Source: Eledone cirrhosa
Taxonomy: Eukaryota
NCBI GenBank assembly: GCA_964016885.1
Contig: OZ024749.1
Span: 55,304,001-55,368,000 of the forward strand
DNA: 64,000 nucleotides
Reading direction: 5' to 3'
Shown: in pieces, positions 47,498 to 59,850 of the stretch
How positions within the stretch are numbered: position 1 is the first letter of the stretch
Layout of the letters: each line of letters opens with the position of its first letter
Position numbers and translations under genes: made by a program
The notes under the pieces: generated by a model
Told to the model about the DNA's origin: nothing
Database searches by the model: none
Seen by the model: only the letters and a program-made list of their open reading frames with translations

Positions 47498-47900
47498 TTG
47501 TGTGTGTATGAAAAGGATTCAAAATGAAATATGAATCAGTTCATAATGTGTTTGCTTCTTGTTTTGTTCTGTGAAATGAAATGAAGAATTGGTGGCAATA
47601 TTGAGACAGAATCACTGATTATTTAATTAGTTTCTATTGAAAGACAATCACTAATTCTATATATTACTAGTTTCTATTGCAAAATAACAGCTTCAAATAA
47701 TAGACAGAAACACAGAATGTCTAAACTGCAACAAACTGAAGTTGAAGCAAAGGAAAATCAAAACAAACACACACACATATACACACACACACACACACAT
47801 ATATATACACACATATATATATGTATATATGCATATATATACACACACACACATACATATGTATATATGCATATATACACATATATATACATATATATAT

Positions 47901-48091
47901 GGAGGAGGTTATAGTTCACTTGAAGCATTGTGTAATGAGGTATAAACGTTTGAATATGTATAATAAAGCCAAAACAATGCAGGTATGGACATAGAAAAAA
48001 GAATGCAATTGCAAAAGATATTGTTGACAATTAGTCTTTTACCTTAGATTTATTTTGTTTTGGCTTTATTATACATATTCAAACGTTTATA
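47901..48091 (-). mobile_element. foldback element E: perfect 37-bp arms with a one-sided extension, TA-flanked
   Basis: 47941-47977 and 48055-48091 are exact reverse complements; 47901-47940 extension abuts (TA)n. Confidence 0.5.
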
Positions 48092-48386
48092 TATATATCA
48101 TCATCATCATCAACGTTTAACGTCCGTGTTCCACGCTTGCATATATATATATACACACACACACACATATGTACAGAGACACACACACACACATATATAT
48201 ATATCATCATAATACGTCCGCTTTTCCCTGCTTGCAAGGGTGGGACGGGTCCTATTCAGCACAGCATCTCCACTTGTCACGGTCCTTCGTCATCTCCTCC
48301 GTGATATATATATAGAAGTGGTTACACAACAGTTAGTTGACCATATCGAGAACAATTGTTTCACTTTAGCGGATCCTCAGCTCTAC

Positions 48387-48441
<55 letters not shown>

Positions 48442-48472
48442 TATATGTATGCATATATATATATATATACAC

Positions 48473-48524
<52 letters not shown>

Positions 48525-48759
48525 CAGACACATATATATGTATGCATATATACATACATATACAGACATATATATATACACACACACACACACACATATA
48601 TATGTATATATACATATATATATATATGTATATAAACATATACATATATATATATATGTATATATACATATACACAGACACATTTATATGTATGTATATA
48701 TTTATATATACACACACACAATAGTATTCAATACATACAGCACAGTTAATAACAGTGAT

Positions 48760-48950
48760 TCATTATTTGGGCACAAGGCGAGAAAACTGGAGGGGATGGA
48801 ACAGTGAATTATACAAGCCCCAGTATTTCACTGGTATCTATTTTATCAACTTTGGAACAATGGAAATCAAAGTTGACCTCGGTGGGATTTGAACTCAGAA
48901 ATATAAAGGGACATAATTAAACACCACAAGGTATTTTGTCAATCTCTATA
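48760..48950 (-). mobile_element. same abundant SINE family; further copies at ~4860-4965, 15535-15640, 29110-29345, 33300-33490, 35770-35960, 36040-36110, 43975-44135
   Basis: ggcacaagg...ctggta..ttttatc...aaagttgacctcggtgggatttgaactcag. Confidence 0.72.
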
Positions 48951-49079
48951 ACAACTTAAAACCCAAGCTTATATTGTCATTACCTAGTTTTACTTTAATA
49001 ACATAACTGACATTTTTTGTGATGTAAAAAGTTTTAAAAACAAAAAGAAATGATAGAGCAAAACCTCAAGTAAGGAGAG

Positions 49080-49625
49080 TGTAAAATATCAGTTTCCAAC
49101 TGTTGATAGGGTCATGAATCTTGGGTAATGACTGACAGAATATAATTGGGAATACAAGTAGCCGAAATGGGGTTCTTCTGAAAGGTCCTTGGAGTATCAT
49201 CACTAGATAGATTGCGTAGCTTGGAGATGAGAGAGTCACTCCAGGTAGAGCTGCTACTTCTCTAAATTGAGAGATCACAGATCCAATATTACGGACATGT
49301 GGTTAGAATATCTCAGGAAAGAATTGCTGGACAGATTTTGTGGGCAAAACCAATCCTGAGGACATGAAGGTGTAAACCCCAAGCAAGATGGTTGGATTAA
49401 CACCAATCCTCAGGACATGAAGGTGTAAACCAATCCTGAGGACATGAAGGTGTAAACCCCAAGCAAGATGGTTGGATTAACACCCATGAAATTAGCTGGT
49501 CTCATTTGGAGATCCAGTCAGATCAATTGGAGATGGTTACTTCTAACAGGACCCACTGGAAGAAGTACTTGAAGACTCTTCCCTAATGACCCTCCTAGGA
49601 ATAAGTGGGCAAAGAAAAATAATGA
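49080..49625 (+). mobile_element. 3' fragment of the same older RTE-like family, with internal ~55-80 bp duplications
   Basis: IERSQIQYYGHVVRISQERIAGQILWAKP...HEISWSHLEIQSDQLEMVTSNRTHWKKYLKTLP; duplicated accaatcctgaggacatgaaggtgtaaac blocks at 49347-49484. Confidence 0.72.
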
Positions 49626-50123
49626 TAAGAACTTTTGATAAAAGCAGAAGTGAACACATATCTATGTTTGTAAAAGAATTTCTCTAAAATACAAAAAGAT
49701 GCGATATAGATATCTTTACTCTTCTTGGTCACATAAAAAGAGGAGACACACAGACACACTGTATATTGTATATCACACACACACACACTGTATATTGTAT
49801 ATCACACACAGACACTGTATATTGTATATCACACACGGACTGTATATTGTATATTGTATATCATTCAGAATAAGAAAACTCCAAGATTGGAAGATTGGAA
49901 CAAAACCAACCAAAAAAGAAAAAAACAAAAAAAAAATGATATTTTAAGAACCAGAAGACAAGATAAAAAGCAGAAACAAAGAATGCAAACACACAATACA
50001 ACAACAACAATAATGATAATAATAATAATAATAATAATAATAAAACTAGTGAAACAAAGGAGCAGTTGTAGAAGCAGGTGTAGCACTAAAGGATGACGAA
50101 GAAGAGTTTTAGAGCACTACTAC

Positions 50124-50239
50124 CTGGTTGTTCTCATCAAAGTAATTAACACTAGCAGCGTTAGTAGGAAGTGAGGTGGTGCTAGTAGCAGCACTTGCCA
50201 TCGATGCAGGCTGGTGGTTAGTATTGGCAATCATCGGCA
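50124..50239 (-). CDS. mbl: muscleblind/MBNL-like gene, internal coding exon (linker before second CCCH pair)
   Basis: Minus strand ccactcacag|TG CCG ATG...AAC AAC CAG|gtagta; 116 nt, phase 1 in, phase 0 out. Reads xPMIANTNHQPASMASAATSTTSLPTNAASVNYFDENNQ and splices in frame to LLDTLP. YFDxNxQ-LLDTLP matches my recollection of protostome Muscleblind long isoforms. Confidence 0.82.
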
Positions 50240-50248
50240 CTGTGAGTG

Positions 50249-50281
<33 letters not shown>

Positions 50282-50640
50282 ATGGCGGTTGCGGTTGCAG
50301 TGGTGGTGGTGGTATTAGTTGTCATTGAAAAAAAAATTGTTTTTTTTTTTGTTTTTTTTTCAGTAGACAAGAAGGGTCAACAACAGAAGGTGGTGGTGGT
50401 GGTGGTGGCAGCAGCAGCAGTAGCAGCAGTAGTAGTAGTAGATGACAGCAGCAGGAGCAGCAGTGGCAGCAGCAGCAGCCGATAGCAGCAGCAGCAGCAG
50501 CAGGAGTGGTTATAAAAGTGCAGATGAAGCACAGGTTGCATGCAGAGTAGTGGTACGAGTGCACAGGAGAGGGTCAAGGTATGAAAGAGAGGAATAGCAA
50601 AAAAAAAGTAAAAAAAAAAAAAAGAAAAGAAATAATAGAC
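50240..50640 (-). promoter_or_regulatory. extended AG-exclusion zone with distal polypyrimidine tract, (CUG)n/YGCY cluster and UGCAUG upstream of an mbl exon
   Basis: No CT on + (no AG on -) from 50242 to 50640. U-rich tract at ~50584-50632; CUG-rich block at ~50408-50503; TGCATG on - at 50539-50544. Confidence 0.65.
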
Positions 50641-50999
50641 CTTATTTTCCTTTTTTTTTGTGATTTGCGTATTATTATTATTATTACTATTATTATTATT
50701 ATTGGTAAAACATTGAAAAAAAAAAATTAAGAAATCCTGGTCTTGGAGTCTTCAGGTTTTTCTTGTGCCTGCCACATGGAAAGAATCACAAAAATATGCA
50801 CGCAAGAACATTGCTTAGAAGTTTGGAATTCCAAAGAATTTTGGGAGTTTCTTTTTTGGACATGTCAAAATCTTAGCTGATCTAGACAGATACGAACGAC
50901 CAAGGAAGGAATCTTGTGAAATTCCAGTGAAAAAAAAAAAATTTTTTAATGGTAATTGTATTAGCAGAAGAGGTCACACTTGTACCAAAAAGTAGAAAG

Positions 51000-51530
51000 A
51001 ATTATTAAGGGTAACAGGAGAGGTGAGGCAGTGGGAGAAGAAGAAGTGACAAAATCTCTTGGAAAGGACAAGAGAGATGATTGTGGTGGTTTGTTGGAGT
51101 GTAGAAATTAAGAAAGGAAGAGTATGAGAGAATTCCAAGAGAGTGAATAAATTACAAGACCATAATATAGTCCATGTTGTCAGCCCTGATCTAGTAAATG
51201 GTGTATCAGAGAAGTAACAGGACTTTGTGTAAGACTTGTGTAAGCTATGAGTGTGGTAAGGTTGTGTCACCATGTGACAAATTATCCCTGGAGTGTGTAA
51301 CTGCAATCTTAGCTCTCTGCAGCCGTTGTATGTTTTTTCACATGCTTTTGTTAACAGCTCTTCAATTTTAGGCTATCGAGTGATGGAATCAGAACAATGA
51401 ACCAAACTGAAGTTTCTGATCCAATTGGGAAAACTGTCAGAAGCACTCAGAATCCTGCAACAAGTGTAGAGAGCAAAACTGTCCCAGATCTAATAATCCT
51501 GCCTTATATTCAGGTACACTGTACGTATGG
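51000..51530 (-). mobile_element. possible highly decayed CR1/Jockey-like LINE 3' fragment
   Basis: Non-microsatellite island with scattered IWD and WNSL-like remnants on -; many disruptions. Confidence 0.25.
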
Positions 51531-52008
51531 ATAAATTATATATCTTTAGCAAATTCAGTGTCCATATTATTGAAAGTCTCTGTTGCCCTTGTTTTTTTTC
51601 TAGGGGACAGGGAGCTAATCATCTTCAACCACGATCAGAGAACTAAAAGCAATTGAAGACAGAACAACATCAGACATAAAAGTGAAATATATCCAGCATG
51701 AACTAGGAAAGACAGGTGACTTAACTCTACAATATATTTGGTATAATGTGTCTATGAATATATATATATATATATACACACACACATTTCGAGAACTTAA
51801 CCTACACATCTGCTTTCTCTAGACAAGAATTTAGAAAATAATTTGTTATAAGAGAGGTTTGAATTCTATGGCAGCAAAAGAAAATGGCACAGACTTAGAA
51901 AGTTAGAATAATTTAAAAGTAGGTTTCTATGGAATTAAAATAAGACAAATTCAAGCAGAGCAAATCTGGAACTACATTATCTAAAGTAGTGTTTGTTAGT
52001 TAGCCTCA

Positions 52009-52426
<418 letters not shown>

Positions 52427-52710
52427 CATCATCATCATCGTTTAACGTCTACCTTCCATGCTAGCATGGGTTAGACGGGAGTTGTTCCACTTGAGGCAAG
52501 ATTGGTCGGGTGACTGTGTCTCGCTTGTATAGGACTATCTGGCAGGTGTGTGTGTGTGTGTGTGTATATGTATATATATATTCACACATATGGTCACCGA
52601 ACAGGCTAGAAATGGCTGCCAAATTCTTCCTAAAATCACATACTGTAGTTTTAACAAAAGTAAGCATACATCAGATATTGTAGCTCGACTTATTCTTAAA
52701 AATAATATGT

Positions 52711-52850
52711 TGTCTATTATATAAATATATATTGTTTATTATATAAATATATATTGTCTATTATATAAATATATATTGTCTATTATATAAATATATATTG
52801 TTTATTATATAAATATATATTGTCTATTATATAAATATATATTGTCTATT
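52711..52850. repeat. 22-bp AT-rich minisatellite, ~6 copies
   Basis: Unit tgt(c/t)tattatataaatatatat. Confidence 0.9.
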
Positions 52851-53049
52851 TACAAGAGACAACTGGTGAGAAACAATATTTTCCAGTGGAGTTTCATAGA
52901 TAGAACTTAGTGGCATGCAGCCAAATGAGCAAACAAAAGAACCTTATTGACAGCAGTAGGTATTTGATGTTGACTACAGGTTACTGAGATAATACAATAG
53001 AGATAGAGAGAAAGTGAGTAGTGTGAGAGAGAGAGTAGAGTGAGAGAGT

Positions 53050-53087
<38 letters not shown>

Positions 53088-54207
53088 CAAACAATGGAGA
53101 GAGAGGCGGGAGGAGAGATTTAGAGATTTTTTATCCTCAATGAAAAATACACCTTTCATACAAGCAGTAGGAAGATTTAGTTTAGTTTTGTCTTAAAAAA
53201 CACATGTGGTTAATCTTAGGATTAAACAAAGAGAAAAAAAAAACACCTTTTAACACAAAAGTATTTCATTTTATGTGTTTGTGTCTAGTTTTTTTTTCTT
53301 TTTTTGTTATCTATTATTTTAACAGGAAAGGAAAATAGTTAATGAAATAAAATCTTTAGAAAATCCCCCTTTAACAATGCCTGTTAAATAAGATAATTAG
53401 TGAGGTAGGTGTGGCGTTATTATCTACTGTGTCTCATTGTTTAAACAGGTTGATTTACAGAGTTTAGCAGCTGTTAGTTAACAAAAAAAAAAAAAAAGAG
53501 GAAAACTTTGTGGTTTGAATAGTTAAACAAATTTCAAATGCAGATTTAATGTAGGCATTAAAAAAGAAGAAAGAAAATAAGAATGACAGGTGGTAGTACA
53601 AGAAGTATCTTTCTTTTCTTTCTTTCTTTGCATAACCAGTTTGATACCAAACTACCTAAGCCTGTACCAGTTTCTATAATAGAAAACTTTCTTTTAGTGG
53701 CTATATTTATTTAAACACTTTTTGTCTATAATTTTATTTAAGAATAATTGTTAAATCCTGCTCCAAACACTCGCTTAATGACAAAGTTAAATTAATATAA
53801 CTAACACCCTCCAATTTCTTGATTATTTGAAAAAATTATAGGTAGAATATTTCATTAAAAATATGATTAGGAAATGGTTAATAAGCAGGAAGAATTCATC
53901 ATCATCATCATCACCGTTTTACGTCCGTTCTTCCACGCTAGCATGGGTTAGACGGGTTGTCCTGTTGTGGGCAGTGTCTGGTCGGCTGACCATGCCTTGC
54001 TCATACAGGAACTGATCTGGCTTGATTTCTACAGCTGGATGCCCTTCCTAACACCAACCTCATTTACAGTGAGTGCTGGGTGCTTTTTCGTGGCGCCTAC
54101 ACGTCCACTTTACAGTGTGGGCTGGGTGCTTTTTTGCCGTGGCACCTCCACGACCACCTTGCGGTGGGGGGGGGGGGGGGGGGGGGGGGGCATATTGTTT
54201 ATATGCT

Positions 54208-57200
54208 TCAGCATGTACCCATGGGAGGTCGGGTACCCTGTATTACTGCGTGACGCCAGAAGTCACGGTCGTGTGTCATTGACTTTGAGAGGTGTAGTTG
54301 GGTAAGGTCGGCTTTTATCACCTCATCCCAAGTCATCTTGGGTCTCCCCACTCCGCGGTTTCCATCAACTTCTAGTGCTCTGCACCTTTTTATGCAGCTG
54401 TCATCCTTCATACGCATCACATGTCCATACCAGCGTAACCGCCTCTCCTGCACGCAGCATTTGATTCCTCTTATGCTCAGTCTCTCTCTCAATTCATTTA
54501 TGCTTTGTCGTTCACGTATATTACTGTTACACATCCATCGGAGCATGCAGGCTTCGTTTCTCTCTAATCTACGTAAGTCTTCCACCTTCAGCGCCCAGGT
54601 CTCACTACCATGCAACATCGCTGTTCGGATACACGCATCATACAGTCTGCCTTTCATTCTGAGGGAGAAGCCTTTTGCAGCTAGCAGTGGTAGTAGTTCC
54701 CTAAACTTCTTCCATCCCGTTCTTACCCTAGTTATTGTACTTTCTGAGCACCCACCTCCGTTGCTAATTCGGTCACCTAGGTAGCAGAAGCTGTCTACTG
54801 TTTCTACAGGGCCCTCCCAGAGATTGGTGGTACTTGTTTCCTGTGGCTGTTTGCTTGCTGTTTCAGCACAGCTGCTGCATGTGAATCCTACATTCTTAAT
54901 TAAGCTTCCTGAGATCCCGCTACATCTCTTGTGTACCCATTGTTTGCATTTGGGGCAAAGAATGGAGTTCCTACCTACACCTTTCCTACATACTGAGCAA
55001 GGCCATTTCCCTGAGGGGATCTGGGTTCTGTTTTCTCGTCTACTTATAAGGACCTTAGTCTTTGTCATGTTGACTTTGAGGCCCTTTCTCTCTAGTCCCT
55101 GCTTCCAGGTTTGGAATTTATTCTCTAGTTCTACCATAGATTCAGCTATGAGTGCGAGGTCATCAGCATACAGGAGTTCCCATGGGCATCCGGTCTTAAA
55201 CTCCTCCGTTATTGCCTGCAGGACTATGATGAACAGGAGAGGGCTAAGAACAGAGCCCTGGTGGACCCCAACCTGTACGCTAAATTCCTCGCTATACTCA
55301 TTGCCAATCCTAACTTTGCTGACTGCTCCCCTATACATGGCTTGTACCGCTTTCACAAGCCATTCATCTACTCCTAGTTTTCTAAGAGCCCACCAGATTA
55401 CTGCACGTGGAACTCTGTCAAAGGCTTTCTCAAGGTCGACAAATGCCAAGTAGAGTGGCTTACTTTTAGCTAGGTACTTTTCCTGTAATTGCCTCACAAG
55501 GAAGAGCGCATCAGTGGTGCCTTTCCCTGGAACAAACCCAAATTGCATCTCGTCTATATTCACCCGGTCCCTAATCAGCTGTGCTATAACTCTTTCTGTT
55601 ACTTTCATGACCTGGTCCATCAACTTTATACCTCTATAGTTTCCTCTATCTAGTGCATCGCCTTTACCTTTGTAGCAGTTGACAATGATGCTACTGCACC
55701 AATCTTTTGGTATGGCCCCCTCTAGTATTACCTGGTTAACGATACGTGTGGTTATAGTGTGACCTACAGACCCAGATGCCTTCAGCATCTCGGCAGCTAT
55801 ACCCGATGGACCGGTTGCCTTCCCTATCTTCATATCTCTGATTGCCTTACTTACTACGCTGCCGCTGACTTGTACTGCTGGTCCCTCTATAGGGTCTACG
55901 TGGGGTAGGGTCTCTTCTTCCCATGCATTCTCCTCATTTAGTAATCTATCATAATGACTCTTCCATGCATCTTTCTTCTCAGCACTTGTGAGGGCAAGCT
56001 CACCTTTATCATTCCGGATACACTTCTCTCCAATGACATCACAACTATCTCTGACACACTGCCTCGCAATCTTGAATACCTCCTGTTTCTGGTCCTCACG
56101 TTGTAAAACATGCTTGAATTTTCTATCCTCTGCTTCCCTCCTAGCTAAGTATACTTGTCGCCTAGCTTCCCTCTTGGTCTCTATGTAATGTACCCTGCTC
56201 CCCCCGTTCTTCCATTCTTTCCATGCCTGTCTCTTGGCCTTGACTGCTTCATCTACCTTATTGTTCCACCACCAAGTCACTCTCCTCCTGCTTGAGGTCT
56301 TACTCCAGCCACAAACCTCATCCGTCGCCTCTAGTAAGTTATTTTTTAGGAACTCCCAGTTCTCTTCTACGTTAAATGTCTCTATCTGTTCTTCTTTACT
56401 GTCGTAGGCGTTGAGTAAAATATCTTTAAATCTGTTACTGGTTGAGGGGACTTTCAGCTTCCAGATCTTTCTTCTCCAGGTTGGCCTCTGTTTCAGGGCT
56501 CGTCTAGTTCTGACCGTGAGGTCGCTGACAACTAAGCTATGTTGGGATGTACATTCCTCACTAGGGAAGGCTTTTGTGTTTACGACCGTCCATCTGTCAC
56601 GTCCTCTGATGAGAATAAAATCTAACTGACTAGAGTGCTCCCCTGATCTATAGGTGATCAGGTGGTTGTCGGGTTTTTTAAAGTTTGTGTTACATATCGA
56701 CATGTCATTGGCGTCGCAGAATTCTAGAAGTCTGAATCCTTCCTCATTCCTTGTGCCAACTCCATGGCCTCCATGTACTCTATTGAAGCCGTCGCAGTGT
56801 TTACCTACGTGTCCGTTAAAATCTCCTGCAATGATTAGGAAGTCCTTGTCGTCTGTTAGAGCAGTAGTGTGTATTAGGGACTCGTAAAACCTATCCTTAA
56901 GTTCGTCTGGCAGCCCCGATTGGGGTGCGTAAGCTGATATTATTGTGGTAATTGTCTTATTCAGGACTAGTCTGAGTTTAATGATTCTTGCATTTACCCT
57001 GTACACTGAGATTACTTTATCTACCCACTTGTCAGCTAATAGTATACCTACACCACCCATCCCATCGTCATTTCCCACCCAGAAAAATTTGTAGCACTGG
57101 CTTTTTCCTACAAGGACTCTAGCAGACCCTCCTCTCCATCTAGTCTCTTGCACACAGCATACATCAACTTCCTTTCGCTCTAGCATTTCTACGATTTCTC

Positions 57201-57327
57201 CTGCTCTTCCTTTCATTGAGCCTACATTGATGGTACCAACTCGGAGTTTTGGGCATTTGTCGACACTCGTAGGGGAGGGTCTCTGGGTTGGCGCTTCACG
57301 TGGGTGCTTGGTAGCTCGCAGATTCAT
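54208..57327 (-). CDS. RTE-clade LINE ORF: APE endonuclease + reverse transcriptase + PHD-like Cys/His finger (1039 aa)
   Basis: EN motifs GTINV, QETRW, YAP, GDFNGH, QLDFIL, SQHSL; RT motifs NYRGI, QFGF, FVDLEKAFD, GVHQGSVLSP, YADD, YLG; CSVC-x9-CPKC-x4-HKRC...CSSC; C-terminal RLRWYGHV..GRPK. No stops or frameshifts. Confidence 0.96.
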   Translation of the reverse strand: MNLRATKHPREAPTQRPSPTSVDKCPKLRVGTINVGSMKGRAGEIVEMLERKEVDVCCVQETRWRGGSARVLVGKSQCYKFFWVGNDDGMGGVGILLADKWVDKVISVYRVNARIIKLRLVLNKTITTIISAYAPQSGLPDELKDRFYESLIHTTALTDDKDFLIIAGDFNGHVGKHCDGFNRVHGGHGVGTRNEEGFRLLEFCDANDMSICNTNFKKPDNHLITYRSGEHSSQLDFILIRGRDRWTVVNTKAFPSEECTSQHSLVVSDLTVRTRRALKQRPTWRRKIWKLKVPSTSNRFKDILLNAYDSKEEQIETFNVEENWEFLKNNLLEATDEVCGWSKTSSRRRVTWWWNNKVDEAVKAKRQAWKEWKNGGSRVHYIETKREARRQVYLARREAEDRKFKHVLQREDQKQEVFKIARQCVRDSCDVIGEKCIRNDKGELALTSAEKKDAWKSHYDRLLNEENAWEEETLPHVDPIEGPAVQVSGSVVSKAIRDMKIGKATGPSGIAAEMLKASGSVGHTITTRIVNQVILEGAIPKDWCSSIIVNCYKGKGDALDRGNYRGIKLMDQVMKVTERVIAQLIRDRVNIDEMQFGFVPGKGTTDALFLVRQLQEKYLAKSKPLYLAFVDLEKAFDRVPRAVIWWALRKLGVDEWLVKAVQAMYRGAVSKVRIGNEYSEEFSVQVGVHQGSVLSPLLFIIVLQAITEEFKTGCPWELLYADDLALIAESMVELENKFQTWKQGLERKGLKVNMTKTKVLISRRENRTQIPSGKWPCSVCRKGVGRNSILCPKCKQWVHKRCSGISGSLIKNVGFTCSSCAETASKQPQETSTTNLWEGPVETVDSFCYLGDRISNGGGCSESTITRVRTGWKKFRELLPLLAAKGFSLRMKGRLYDACIRTAMLHGSETWALKVEDLRRLERNEACMLRWMCNSNIRERQSINELRERLSIRGIKCCVQERRLRWYGHVMRMKDDSCIKRCRALEVDGNRGVGRPKMTWDEVIKADLTQLHLSKSMTHDRDFWRHAVIQGTRPPMGTC

Positions 57328-57570
57328 ATTTCATCTATTGATTCAGAGTTGCTCGTGTATTCCCAGCTCATCCATCCATAACGGTGGGAAAATTGAGGGC
57401 TAGAAGGACAGTGGTGGTGGGGTAATGGCAGGGTGTGTTGGGATGCGCCAGAGGAGGAGAGAGTTAGTTAGGCAGGTAGTAGCAGCAGCAGCAGTGGAAA
57501 TGGCATGCTAGGTTTGATTGGTCGAATAGACTATGGTGGTGTGTGGGGGTGGGGGGGAGGGAAATTGTGA

Positions 57571-59275
57571 GGTAGGAACTGAGGGTCGCATGGTAAATAT
57601 CCAAGTTAATACTACATCAGTAAAATTAACAATAATAACGTCATGAAAAAAGCTACTAAGAGAAACCCTCGAAAATTTATCGCTAATACAGCAGGGAAAA
57701 TTTAACGCTAATACAGCAGGGAACATCATAATATTAACGACATGAAAAAGCTACTAAGAGAAACCCTCGAAAATTTATCGCTAATACAGCAGGGAAAATT
57801 TAACGCTAATACAGCAGGGAACATCATAATATTAACGACATGAAAAAGCTACTAAGAGAAACCCTCGAAAATTTATCGCTAATACAGCAGGGAAAATTTA
57901 ACGCTAATACAGCAGGGAACATCATAATATTAACGACATGAAAAAGCTACTAAGAGAAACCCTCGAAAATTTATCGCTAATACAGCAGGGAAAATTTAAC
58001 GCTAATACAGCAGGGAACATCATAATATTAACGACATGAAAAAGCTACTAAGAGAAACCCTCGAAAATTTATCGCTAATACAGCAGGGAAAATTTAACGC
58101 TAATACAGCAGGGAACATCATAATATTAACGACAATATGTAGGCTAAAATACCTTCGTAGATTAGGTGGATGGCTGGCTGGGAAAATTTGAATCAGCTCT
58201 ACTGGTACATTTTAGCAGAGAAGAATGGCAAAGTGTCTTATCTCTTCAATATTTTCAGATTGAATGAATTAGGTTAAAGACAGGGTAGTAAGCCTTAAAG
58301 AAGTGCATAGAGGGGGGGGGGGTAGGAACTGAGGGTCGCATGGTAAATAACTGAGAGAGATACAATAGGATTAGAATACCGCATGGTAAATATCCAAGTT
58401 AATAAGTTAATACTACATCAGTAAAATTAACAATAATAACGTCATGAAAAAAGCTACTAAGAGAAACCCTCGAAAATTTATCGCTAATACAGCAGGGAAA
58501 ATTTAACGCTAATACAGCAGGGAACATCATAATATTAACGACATGAAAAAGCTACTAAGAGAAACCCTCGAAAATTTATCGCTAATACAGCAGGGAAAAT
58601 TTAACGCTAATACAGCAGGGAACATCATAATATTAACGACAATATGTAGGCTAAAATACCTTCGTAGATTAGGTGGATGGCTGGCTGGGAAAATTTGAAT
58701 CAGCTCTACTGGTACATTTTAGCAGAGAAGAATGGCAAAGTGTCTTATCTCTTCAATATTTTCAGATTGAATGAATTAGGTTAAAGACAGGGTAGTAAGC
58801 CTTAAAGAAGTGCATAGAGGGGGGGGGGGGGTAGGAACTGAGGGTCGCATGGTAAATAACTGAGAGAGATACAATAGGATTAGAATACCGCATGGTAAAT
58901 ATCCAAGTTAATAAGTTAATACTACATCAGTAAAATTAACAATAATAACGTCATGAAAAAAGCTACTAAGAGAAACCCTCGAAAATTTATCGCTAATACA
59001 GCAGGGAAAATTTAACGCTAATACAGCAGGGAACATCATAATATTAACGACAATATGTAGGCTAAAATACCTTCGTAGATTAGGTGGATGGCTGGCTGGG
59101 AAAATTTGAATCAGCTCTACTGGTACATTTTAGCAGAGAAGAATGGCAAAGTGTCTTATCTCTTCAATATTTTCAGATTGAATGAATTAGGTTAAAGACA
59201 GGGTAGTAAGCCTTAAAGAAGTGCATAGAGGGGGGGGGGGGTAGGAACTGAGGGTCGCATGGTAAATAACTGAGA
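57571..59275. repeat. nested tandem repeat: ~410-750 bp super-units carrying 5, 2 and 1 copies of a 98-bp monomer
   Basis: ggtaggaactgagggtcgcatggtaaata recurs at ~57571, 58322, 58831 and 59240. The 98-bp unit catgaaaaagctactaagag...attaacga recurs at ~57642, 57741, 57839, 57937, 58035, 58443, 58542 and 58952, nearly identical. Confidence 0.95.
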
Positions 59276-59850
59276 ATTGTTAGTTGAAAACCAGCAACAA
59301 CAAAAAGAAAAAAAAAGGGTTAGGTGAAAAGATTGGCTGGGGTGTAAATAACTGTGTCTTGCAGGGGTGTATGTAAATGTATTTCTCAGGAGTGTATGTA
59401 AATGTGTCTCTCAGGGGTGTATGTAAATATGTTTTGCTCTACATGTGTGGCAGGCCAACCAATACAAATCTAGACCAGGATCTCCAGAAGCAGAAAGAAA
59501 TCAACATTTTATATGCAAACCTGAAGACAAGTATTTATTAATATGACTGGCTATAATTTTTACACACTCCCACATATACACACACATAAATATACATACA
59601 TGTTGTGTGTACAGTTGTATCACATAATTTATAGTCAAGAGTGTATTGATGGTTAAATGTTAATTACTTTCGTTAATCTAATCACCAACAATTCAAAACT
59701 ATATAAAGAAAAAATGTTATGCTTTTAAATGACATAAGTTTAAAGTTGACAAACTTTAAATTAGACTAGAGTAGTTATTGACACTACCAATATCATTACA
59801 ATAATGAATGTCATTGAATTTAAGATGTTTTTCCAACAAAATGGAATGTA

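Larger units (their letters stand above)
53897..59487 (-). mobile_element. near full-length RTE-clade non-LTR retrotransposon inside an mbl intron, sense orientation
   Basis: Intact ORF; 3' UTR 53897-54207 ends in a (GAT)n tail; repeat-rich 5' region to ~59275. The 5' boundary is uncertain: possible imperfect TSD aagcaggaagaattca (53883-53898) vs aagcagaaagaaatca (59488-59503). Confidence 0.8.

Noticed and set aside
50246-50577. poly-Cys/Ala/Val ORFs
   Set aside because: Trinucleotide runs in the intron end; no acceptor AG inside the zone to make them exonic.
54338-56887. + strand ORFs of 66-209 aa
   Set aside because: Antisense shadows of the RTE ORF with no recognisable motifs.
57571-59275. 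CRISPR-like array
   Set aside because: Head-to-tail identical units with no unique spacers, eukaryotic context, no cas genes; the same holds for 34500-35388 and 62746-63077.
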